In this document: positions 13,373-23,656 of the stretch, piece after piece
Numbering within the stretch: position 1 is the stretch's first letter
Layout of the letters: every line of letters starts with the position of its first letter
Assembly (NCBI GenBank): GCA_002269645.1
Contig: NIVC01000014.1
Coordinates: 1 to 64,000 of the forward strand
DNA from: Macrostomum lignano
Taxonomy: Eukaryota
Reading direction: 5' to 3'
Length of the DNA: 64,000 nucleotides
Notes under the pieces: model-generated
Seen by the model: the letters and a program-made list of their open reading frames with translations, nothing else
What the model was told of the DNA's origin: nothing
The model's database searches: none
Position numbers and translations under genes: made by a program

Positions 13373-13901
13373 TGTATTGTTATTATTAATTCGTTTGAAG
13401 CTATTCGTTTATAGTTATTCAAATACTCTGCGCAGGCAATCGGCTGCTGAGTCCGGCGCCACTACAGCGCCACTACACTACAACGTTCCTCCTACGTGTG
13501 GGTTTTAACTTTTAAAACTAAGCCAATCAATTTAAAAATATGCCATGGCAGAAAGGCTAATGGCTAAAGTTGGAGTTTAAATTTTTATGCTCGCGAAACA
13601 AACCAAATTGATAGCAAAAAAACCTATTTTTTCAGTTCTTATATCTGACTTTCAGGCAAACAAGACTATAGTGTACAAATGCGATTTTTTATAGAGTTGA
13701 AGTTTTTTAAAACTGTAACTTGATATTTTTGTTTGGAACTATATTGTTTTCTATTCTTTTTGAATATTAGAAAGTTTTTCTACCGTTTTTATACAGTTTT
13801 AAGCGTTAAAATTGAACCAATTTACGCAAGCAGGAATGTCTTTTTATTGCATCTACCGCTGTTTATCTATACAATATCTAAAAGTACATTCCTGAAATCC
13901 T

Positions 13902-14064
13902 GCACTCGGCAACATGTTAAAGTTTCCACTAAAGTCTAAAGCTGGTGAGGATCGAGCTGTCGGTTGCACGCTGGCCATTTGAGCCGATTTAATCTATTAT
14001 TGTCATTGTTATTATTATTGACCATTGGTTTTAGGGTTGGAAATTTTAACATGTTGCCGAGTGC
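13902..14064. mobile_element. MITE with 27 bp terminal inverted repeats
   Basis: GCACTCGGCAACATGTTAAAGTTTCCA versus TGGAAATTTTAACATGTTGCCGAGTGC (1 mismatch). Confidence 0.6.
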
Positions 14065-14584
14065 TAACAAATTACAAGATTAGAGATTAGAGAAGATTTC
14101 GTATCTTCCAAAAACACAATCTCAATTTTATCAATTATTTTTTGGCTGTACTTCTTTTACAACATAACAATCACAGTGTATGGTTTTTAATGTTTTTTAT
14201 TAAAATTTATTAGAAAACACGCGGAAAAAACGTAGATTGATCCTCTTATCTCGTGTGTTTTGTTATTTGTCTAGCTATAACAATTTTGTAGCTAATTGAA
14301 GTTGTTTTAGGTGGATGCAGATGATACATTAGGATACATCAGCAACGCCTAGACCATCCTGACACTGATGGTCTCGCAACACAATAGTTCAGAAATTCTC
14401 TGTCAACAACTGACTTAAAGTTTAATAAAGTTTTTCTTTGGCTAGAATGTGAAGCTTCGATATCCCACAACCCAAGGCAGAAAAGAAAGCTGCAAGAATG
14501 TCAATCTGATTTCGTGTATACAATAAACAGCGTTTTTTGAATTCATATTCCATAAGAGATAAGATAGTAAAGGAGAAGTAATCG

Positions 14585-15125
14585 AGTAGAGAGGAGAAGA
14601 AAGAGGAGACGAGAGATTAGAGATTAGAGACGATAGAAAAGAAAGAGGAGACGAGAGATTAGAGATTAGAGACGATAGAAAAGAAAGAGGAGACGAGAGA
14701 TTAGAGAAGAAAGAGGAGACGAGAGATTAGAGATTAGAGACGATAGAAAAGAAAGAGGAGACGAGAGATTAGAGATTAGAGACGATAGAAAAGAAAGAGG
14801 AGACGAGAGATTAGAGAAGAAAGAGGAGACGAAAGATTAGAGAAAATAGAAAAGAAAGAGGAGACGAGAGATTAGAGAAAATAGAAAAGAAAGAGGAGAC
14901 GAGAGATTAGAGAAAATAGAAAAGAAAGAGGAGACGAGAGATTAGAGAAAATAGAAAAGAAAGAGGAGACGAAAGATTAGAGAAGAAAGAGGAGACGAGA
15001 GATTAAAGATTAGAGCAGAAAGGAAAGGCAAGAGAGGCGACAAGAGAGAAGACAAGGGGAAAGAGGAAAAATACCCAAGGAAAGATAGACGAGAGACAAA
15101 AGGAGATGAGAGAAAAAGAGGGAGG

Positions 15126-15172
<47 letters not shown>
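14585..15172. repeat. Purine-rich composite repeat followed by a (GA)n microsatellite (about 15129-15172)
   Basis: Units AGAAAGAGGAGACGAGAGATTAGAG, then a perfect GA run, just upstream of the putative gene B 5' UTR exon. Confidence 0.85.
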
Positions 15173-15178
<6 letters not shown>

Positions 15179-15414
15179 AGAGAGCTGAGATCAAAGAGAC
15201 AGACTTTGAGCGTGCCGGATTGCCATTGTGGAGTTTCAGAGGACCCGAAGGTCGGATAGAGACTTCGAGCTTATGAAAGCGAATCTCGTGTAAGCTCTTT
15301 TGTCTGGGAGCGGATTGGCCTGTCTGGAAAGACAATTTAGTTAGCTGAGCTTAGAGAAGAGCAATCTGATGAAAAAAAATTATAATACTCTTAACTTTTC
15401 TTATTTCTGCAGCT

Positions 15415-16034
15415 ATGCAGCAGCAGCAGCAGCAGCTCATCGTCAGCTTTGCGTGCTTCTCAGTTGAGTCCCCTCCGAAGTCAAAGCGCCCTCTCCGTGA
15501 GTTGTCGGCAGTTGCTGCTCCAAACGATGCTGCAACAATCAGAAAACCTGGCGGCAGTGGCGTTCTTGATCGTCTGTTAAGGAAGTCGCTGCGCAAAAGC
15601 AAAGGGTGTCGTTGGCTTCACCGCACGGAGCCGCAGTGTTGGAGTTTATCGGCGAATTCCGCCAACGCCCGTCGCTTCTGCGGCACTGCCGCGGACTGCG
15701 GCGACTCCTCCGTCGCATTCGTCTTCTCTTGCGTCCCGTCTGATTTGTGGAAATTTGCCCTGTTAGAATCTGCTGCTAATAGAAGCTTTGCTAGCACCGC
15801 AGAGTGCAAGATTATTGCTAGTAGATCGGTAAAGATCCTTGAACTGGCGGGCATTGCTCGGGCTGTCAATGGTGGAAATCAATGGCTTGCAGAGCTGCAG
15901 CTTCGGAGCAAGTCTAAAAAGGTAAAGCAATTAGGTTAGAGCAAATCTGAGGTAAAGTTAGAATTAATAAGCCAAGTTTAGGATAAGGAAAATGTTAATC
16001 TTTGATAGTTTTCACTTTGGATAGATAGATAGAT

Positions 16035-16073
<39 letters not shown>

Positions 16074-16123
16074 ATAGATAAATAGATAGATAGATAAATA
16101 GATAAATAGATAGATAGATAGAT

Positions 16124-16214
<91 letters not shown>

Positions 16215-16227
16215 GATAGATAGATTA

Positions 16228-16298
<71 letters not shown>

Positions 16299-16305
16299 GA
16301 TAGAT

Positions 16306-16370
<65 letters not shown>

Positions 16371-16371
16371 G

Positions 16372-16433
<62 letters not shown>

Positions 16434-16450
16434 CAGATAGATAGATAGAC

Positions 16451-16510
<60 letters not shown>

Positions 16511-19500
16511 CAGATAGATAGATAAATAGATAGATAGATAGATAGTCTCAAATACATTTTAACTTCAAAGGAGGTTTTTAGCAAAAATTTCTAATTTCAA
16601 AGCACGTTCTGTTCTGTTAGGGCGTTTCATATTCCTCAACAGACGCAGTACTTGGTGAATATAGAATTTGGAGACTGTAAATTTAGGTTTCTTTAAGGAC
16701 TCCAGCCGGTATCAAAGCCTATCCTATAATTCCAATTAAAACCTGTGCAACAGGTAGCATTCGCAAGCCTGTCTCTGCTTCTCCGATTGCACTGTCCGAC
16801 TGTTGCCTCTGAACTGAACTTGCCACGGCCCGAGCCGCAGCATCCGTCATCATCAGTGAGCAGTCTCAGTCAAGTTGTTGAGCCACTTCCCAGTGTACAG
16901 CCATCCAGCCCAGACTCGATCGCTAACTTTCAAGCTTCTCCTCTAGAAAGCGAGTTCACGGACAGCCTTCTGGCTTGGAGCCAGCAGTGCAGCCAAGGCT
17001 ATCGATTTGTGCAGATCTCTAATCGGCATACCTCGTTTCGCAATGGTCTGGCATTTTGCGCCATAATTAATAGATTTGCACCTTGGCTAATTGATTACAA
17101 TTTTCTTACTAACGACATGCGTGAGAATCATCGTTTGGCGTTTGCAGCCGCTAGACAGCTGGGCGTTGACAGGTGCGAAGCTGATGCTATAATTTTTTAT
17201 GTTGTCGATATTTAGTTACTCGCAATATGCAAGGGAACGAAAATCATTTATTGGAATCCTTGAAAAATCAAAGCGGCCCCCTTAGCAATTCCCTCGTAAG
17301 CCTTGATATAGAAGTAAAACAATATAGTAGGTTTCCATGCTTTTGACACACTTCAGAGTCCCCGATCCGGCAGATCTGGTGCTTCATCGCATCCCAAGCC
17401 CTGCACTAATTGGGGCATTTCTGCGCCAACTGCGAGATCGACTTGGTAGACAGGCGCCTCTAAGAGGTTCAGGCCAGCGGGTGAACTTTAGTGACGATGA
17501 AGATGACTGGGTAATTCTGGATGCTGGAGAGTTTGACAATCAACGCGACAACTGCCTGGTGGTGTACTCACTAGAAGCGCAATCTCACTTTAGGACTCAG
17601 TCACTTGTGGCTCTTCAAATTGACTGGTCATCGTGTGCCGTTCTGTGACTTGAGTAACTTGAGTATTGCGAGAGAACTTTCTATAGCAGAAAATCCCATT
17701 TTGATTATCTCATAATCTCGTCTTTCATAACCGATCGGGGCCCTTTTTGTTTTTTGCATCATTTGCGTTCGATTTCTTAGTAAATCTCTTGTTTTAAACG
17801 ACTTTCTTATGTAAATAAAATTCAAAATGATTTAGCCTTGATATCCCCTGTCCCCCATCCTTTAGTGTCTGTCTGTCTGATCCTCAGTTGCTGGGCCAGC
17901 CTCCCAGAGTGTCAGTTGCTGGGCCAGCCTCCCAGAGTGTCAGTTGCTGGGCCAGCCTCCCAGATCCCCAGTTGCTGGGCCAGCCTCCCAGATCCTCAGT
18001 TGCTGGGCCAGCCTCGCAGATCCTCAGTTGCTGGGCCAGCCTCCCAGATCCTCAGTTGCTGGGCCACCAGCCTCCCAGATCCTCAGTTGCTGGGCCAGCC
18101 TCGCAGATCCTCAGTTGCTGGGCCAGCCTCTCAGATCCTCAGTTGCTGGGCCAGCCTCCCAGATCCTCAGTTGCTGGGCCAGCCTCCCAGATCCCCAGTT
18201 GCTGGGCCAGCCTCCCAGATCCCCAGTTGCTGGGCCAGCCTCTTGGGTCCTCAGTTGCTGGGCCAGCCTCCCAGATCCTCAGTTGCTGGGCCAGCCTCGC
18301 AGATCCTGGGATCAGCCTCCCAGATCCTCAGTTGCTCAGCCAGCCTCCCAGATCCTCAGTTGCTGGGCCAGCCTCCCAGATCCCCAATGTTTTATTTCAT
18401 CAGAAAGAACAGTAAAAGCAGAAGTGGAGTATTCCCAGTCTCCAATTCTCATTATTGCAGGCGGAAGTGCAGCTCAAGGCCCGCATTTCGTCAGCTTCGT
18501 TAATCTGCGCAGCAGGCTTCAACCCTGGTAATCTTCGTGTGACGCTGTCAGCTTCATCTCCAGATTCATCTTCAACTTCATCAACCATCTCGGCTAGCAC
18601 AGAGCCAAGCAGCTGGTCGGCCTGCCTGTCCAACCCTCGGGGCTGCCGTCTTGACTGGTCTAGCAATCCACAGACTGTCATTCTGTCCACTCCGAAGGCA
18701 AAGAAATGTTTTAGAGGCTCGGTGCTGCTTAAATATTCTGAACCGACTTCTCTGTTGGCAACCAACCTGACGGTCACACTTGAAGAGCATCGCTGCAGTC
18801 AGGGGAATGGACAGCGGCTTCTGCGGAGGTCTCCTCTGTCTTCTGTTCTCAGTTCGACTAGGATTAAACCGTTGGCCCGGTGCCAGCTAGATCTGGCGTC
18901 GCTAGATCTCATCGATCCAGCTGGCAATGAGAAGAGTTTGGAGCTACAATTGGATTTAGTGCCTAGCGAGCGGATGGCTAAAAAGGTTGCTTTGCTGTTT
19001 CTGTGTTTTCTCATGCTTTTTTCATGCTGTTGCCATGATGTTGCTGTGCTGTTGCTATGATGTTGCTGTGCTGTTGCTGTGCTGTTGCTATGCTGTTTCT
19101 ATGCTGCTATGCTGTTGCCATGCTGTTGCCATGCTGTTGCTATGCTGTTATGGTGCTGCTATCCTGTTATGCTGTTGCTATGCTGTTGCTATGCTGTTGC
19201 CATGCTGTTGCTATGCTGTTATGGTGCTGCTATCCTGTTATGCTGTTGCTATGTTGTTGCTATGCTGTTATGCTGTTGCTATGCTGTTGCTATGTTGTTG
19301 CTATGCTGTTATGCTACTGCTGTGCTGTTAGCTTTTGCTTTGCTGTTATACTGTTGCAATGCTGTTGCCATGTTAAGTTTTGTACCGTGTTGTTGCTATG
19401 CTACGTTGAATTGCAGTTAATAATTCGTTGCTAATTATTCGCGGATAAAGCTAATCCGCGAAAATGAGTAATTCAGTTGAGTTATAACAAATTTCAGATC

Positions 19501-22101
19501 GAATCTGGATCAGTCAGCCTCACTCTACACTCCGTTGTACAAAACCCGTTAGCCTTGTTATTGACGCAATCAATACCGGTAGATCAGTCTGACACGATGA
19601 CAGAAAATCAAACAAAGGCAGTCACGATCAAAGCCAACAGAAGTCTGTCAGATTTAGACATGTCAGAACTCGAACAATTGTTCACCTGGGCTAGAGAATC
19701 AACAGCTAATTGTCCCGGAGCTGTCGTACAAAATCTCAGCACCTCGTTTCGTAGCGGCCTGGCCTTCTGCGCTATTGTTGAGCGGCACAGGCCGAGGCTG
19801 TTGGACTATGGGGCGGCTGCTGAACTCGCTGCGACTGGGCCTTCTGGCTGGCTGCAGTGCCATCTGATGGCCGCTGAGGCTGCTCGACGGCTGGGGGTGA
19901 CCAGGTGAGGACGTACTGCTTGTCCCGTTGAAAAGGTTACAACTGTAGAAGCGACTGTTGAGTCACGTGAGCTGCTGTCGTTATGTGAAAGTCGTCTAAG
20001 AGTCGTGCTAGCGCTCAAATTTCTAACAAATCCAGTTGGTATTTCGAAATATACTCAGCAACATGGAAAAGTCGCCATCAAAGAAGATTCCGTCTGTGGA
20101 CGCCAATTTTGAGAGCGCGGGTAAAGTCTCTCAATCTTTGCGAGTGACGCAACTTAGGTACACCGTGGCAGACTTGAGTTGAGGAATGAAGTGGAGGGAG
20201 CGGTGTGCGAGGGTTGGACGGATTAAAGCTGTCCCGATCAGTTTTCTCGCGTCTTTTATTTCAGAATTGTCCAAGAGAAAATGCTCACTGGCGCATTGAG
20301 TGACGACTTTTCAATTTTTCTGAGTATACGATTTTGATTCATAAAAAATCAACTCATTCAGACGCAACTCAGTGGCTCTACAGCCCCAGAGTCAGTATTG
20401 AAGCGCCTCAGATTCACAGGCAGTAAAACAACCTAAATTGACTTCTTGGCCTGGGTACCGATTTCATCGGGTGTTGCGGGTGCCCACTGAAGTGTCACTG
20501 GGGCCACAGTAACAATTAAATTTGTGCCTCTCCGTATCCCTCCCACCCAGACTGCCGGACCCAGCCGAACTGATCAGCCGACGAACTCCCGACGTTCCTA
20601 CCGTGCTTGACTTTCTCCAACAGTTGAGGCGCTGTCTCGCCTTGAGTAGTCCCCACTGCGATCAGATTGACCACCACCAGACTGACATGCAGGATGTCGA
20701 AATTGTTGACATTGTCGATCACAGCCCCGACGCCGCTATGCAGCTGTTGATCCGTCGACAACAGGAACTGGTTGATGAGCGGTGCTGTTTGAACCGATTG
20801 TGCGCCGATCTGAGCGACTGTTTGAGTAGGTCTGCGACGCCGGGTTCTGGCGCGGTGGCTGCCGGGGTTCGAGGCCTGCTGGCCGACTGGTACAGCCTGC
20901 TGATGCGCCGGCTGCTGCTGCACAACAGGTGGCAACAGTTGGAGCTGATGCAGCGGGAACTGCAACAGTTAAATCGGTTGGAATCGCTAAAACGAAGGAT
21001 TCGCAGGCATCTGCAGGCAGGTGAGGACGAGGTGATGTGGGGGGAGGGCGAACATGGCTGACTCTCGCGCTTAACGACCCCTGGTTCTATTCCGCGCGCG
21101 GTCATATTCATTTGACTTGTGTACTTGTGACCCGTTATGGAAATCAATAACGTTGCTTCAGGGCGACAAAAGATAGCGCCGCATGAGTGCCTGAGGCGCT
21201 ATACGAGCTAATGAGTGCCTGCGGCGCCAAAATGAGTTCCTGAGGCGCTATACGAGCTAATGAGTGCCTGCGGCGCCAAAATGAGTGCCTGAGGCGCTAT
21301 ACGAGCTAATGAGTGCCTGCGGCGCCAAAATGAGTGCCTGAGGCGCTATACGAGCTAATGAGTGCCTGCGGCGCCAAAATGAGTGCCTGAAGCGCTATAC
21401 GAGCTAATGAGTGCCTGCGGCGCTAAAATGAGTGCCTGAGGCGCTATACGAGCTAATGAGTGCCTGCGGCGCCAAAATGAGTGCCTGAGGCGCTATACGA
21501 GCTAATGAGTGCCTGCGGCGCCAAAATGAGTGCCTGAGGCGCTATACGAGCTAATGAGTGCCTGCGGCGCCAAAATGAGTGCCTGAGGCGCTATACGAGC
21601 TAATGAGTGCCTGCGGCGCTAAAATGAGTGCCTGTGGCGCTAAAATGAGTGCCTGCGGCGCCAAAATGAGCGTCTGCGGCGCTAAAATGAGTGCCTGCTG
21701 CGCTAAAATGAGTGCCTGCGGCGCTAAACTGAGTGCTTGCGGCGCCAAAATTAGTGCTTGTATGTACTCAGGAGTCAGTGGAATGGACAGAATTGCCATC
21801 CGCACTATTTGTAGGGGACGGATGGCGCCCTCGGTTTAAGCATCTCACCGACTTATAACAACCATTAAAACCCAATAAACGCATTTCAGAAGGCCAATGC
21901 CAGTCGCTGGATCCGAAGCTGTCGCGAGAGCTGGCCAGAGAATTGAAAAGGCGAGACCGACTGCTCGCTCAGCTGGATCGCTTGGAGATTCGTTCGGCTA
22001 CTGAGCAGCAGATGGCCACCAGGGCGATCTGTCAGGCAGCTGCTGCCGATGCTGTTGATGATGCTAGTAAAGGCAGTTGGCAGGCATGCAGCCTGCTGTG
22101 A
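15415..22101 (+). CDS. EHBP1: EHBP1-family gene B: NT-C2 - CH - NT-C2 - CH - bMERB-like coiled coil - CaaX; exons 15415-15921, 16754-17172, 17357-17510, 18461-18985, 19498-19904, 20551-21020, 21890-22101
   Basis: Two CH motifs (SFRNGLAFCAIINRFAP, SFRSGLAFCAIVERHRP) completed by PDP.DL...P exons. Two NT-C2 cores (IIASRSVKILEL, PLARCQLDLASL). C-terminal LLADWYSLL...LQQLNRLE / RRDRLLAQLD resembles bMERB. Ends CSLL*, as EHBP1 ends in CaaX. All junctions are GT-AG and phase-compatible. Confidence 0.75.
16020..16545. repeat. (GATA)n microsatellite, imperfect
   Basis: Direct reading; intronic. Confidence 0.95.
17878..18385 (+). repeat. 28 bp minisatellite CTGGGCCAGCCTCCCAGATCCTCAGTTG
   Basis: Intronic tandem array; the same unit occurs inverted at 22618-22979. 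Confidence 0.9.
18990..19410. repeat. Degenerate ATGCTGTTGCT low-complexity repeat
   Basis: Intronic; source of the spurious Cys-rich ORFs. Confidence 0.85.
21157..21755 (-). repeat. Minisatellite (AATGAGTGCCTGCGGCGCCAA family) shared with the hAT element at 46988-47974
   Basis: The unit and flank TTCAGGGCG(A/C)CAAAA(G/T)ATAGCGCC match the reverse complement of about 47831-47855. Confidence 0.8.
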
Positions 22102-22617
22102 GGGCGATTGTCGGCGCGTGCACAAGTATTAAACTGTGATTCAGTGTCAGTACAACCGATTTCATTTTACTGTACTGGGATCTGTCCTTAGGATATGGGA
22201 TAGTTTGACTTTCGTTTCTTGGAAAAATGAGTTCTCACAGATATGAGTAGACAAGTCTGTTTAATAGTTAAACAATTTTTTCTTTCTGGCCCTAGTGTTT
22301 AACATTCCGGTAACTTAGACTCATATTTTGATCTCTCTCCCTGTCGTTTTGTTGCATTCTTCGCATAGCTCGTATAGGCTTTCTGCCGTTAACTTGTTCC
22401 ATTGTGTGACTAACAGCTTATTACAGTTAATGTTATTATTCTGACAGAACCAGCTCGTTTGCCTGTAGAGTAAAACTATTTTTTCTGTCTACAACTTTTT
22501 ATAATAAAAACGAAATATTTTTAAATGATTTTTTGAGCCCGTTGTAAATAAAATAGTCGGGATTCTCAGTTTTCATTTTGTACTATTCATTAGTTTAACA
22601 GTCAACTGCAGTGCGGC

Positions 22618-22979
22618 CCGGCAACCAAGAAACTGGGAGGCTGGCCCAGCAACTGAAGATCTGGGAGGCTGGCCCAGCAACTGAAGATCTGGGAGGCTGG
22701 CCCAGCAACATGAGGATCTGGGAGGCTGGCCCAGCATCTGAGAATGTGGGAGGCTGGCCCAGCAACTGACACTCTGGGAGGCTGGCCCAGCAACTGGGGA
22801 TCTGGGAGGCTGGCCCAGCAACTGAGGATCTGGAAGGCTGCCCAGCAACTGAGGATCTGGGAGGCTGGCCCAGCAACATGAGGATCTGGGAGGCTGGCCC
22901 AGCAACTGAAGATCTGGGAGGCTGGCCCAGCAACATGAGGATCTGGGAGGCTGCCCAGCAACTGAGGATCTGGGAGGCA
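22618..22979 (-). repeat. Inverted copy of the 28 bp minisatellite at 17878-18385
   Basis: Unit CAACTGAGGATCTGGGAGGCTGGCCCAG is the exact reverse complement. Confidence 0.9.
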
Positions 22980-23656
22980 TAAAGTAGCATAAGTAATAAG
23001 TAGTTAAGCATACCGAAAAGTATTATTAATCGTTAATGGCCTCTCAGGAAGTGGGAATCTGCACAGGAAGCATGTAATTTCATGCAAGTTTAACTCAGTC
23101 CACAAAGTTTATTTCAAGAGAAAAAATTCAACAAATACCTGGCTAAAAACGGGAACAAAACAACAAGAAATGAAATGGGTCACACGGAACACAGTCGTAA
23201 TGAACGGGCTAAAAACAGAGATGCTAATTAAACAGTAAAAATGAAATTGGCGGAAACACGCAAATATAATAAATCCATAAAACTGACTGCCAAATATCGG
23301 ATAACAATGGTAATTAATAGTTTAGCAACACGGTTTTACACAAAAAGAATGTATGAAAAGTCACGAGGCTGTGCTGTGGTCGCTGTGAGCTATTTTATTA
23401 TTTCTTCAGACTAAATTTCAAATAGACAAACGCAAACAGTATATGGAGCTAGATTAATAATACCAGCTAATTATGTATTAGCTTTCAAACTAAAAAGAAA
23501 ACTGTAAACAGTTGAGTCAAGTATTGTGAGATAAATTAAAATATGCACACCAAGGGAGCAAGGTTCTCTTTCACGCTGATATTTTTTTAAGGTGTTATCA
23601 CAGACTCAAAACAATGTCCATCAATACTACTGCTACAAGTCGAGTTTATAAGTAGG

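Noticed and set aside
13436-14350. Candidate exons (13436 and 14311) to complete the CH domain of gene A and link it to gene B
   Set aside because: No CH similarity in the required phase; they lead to stops or to an incompatible phase with the 15413 acceptor.
18987-19434. Cys-rich hydrophobic ORFs
   Set aside because: Low-complexity intronic repeat open in all frames.
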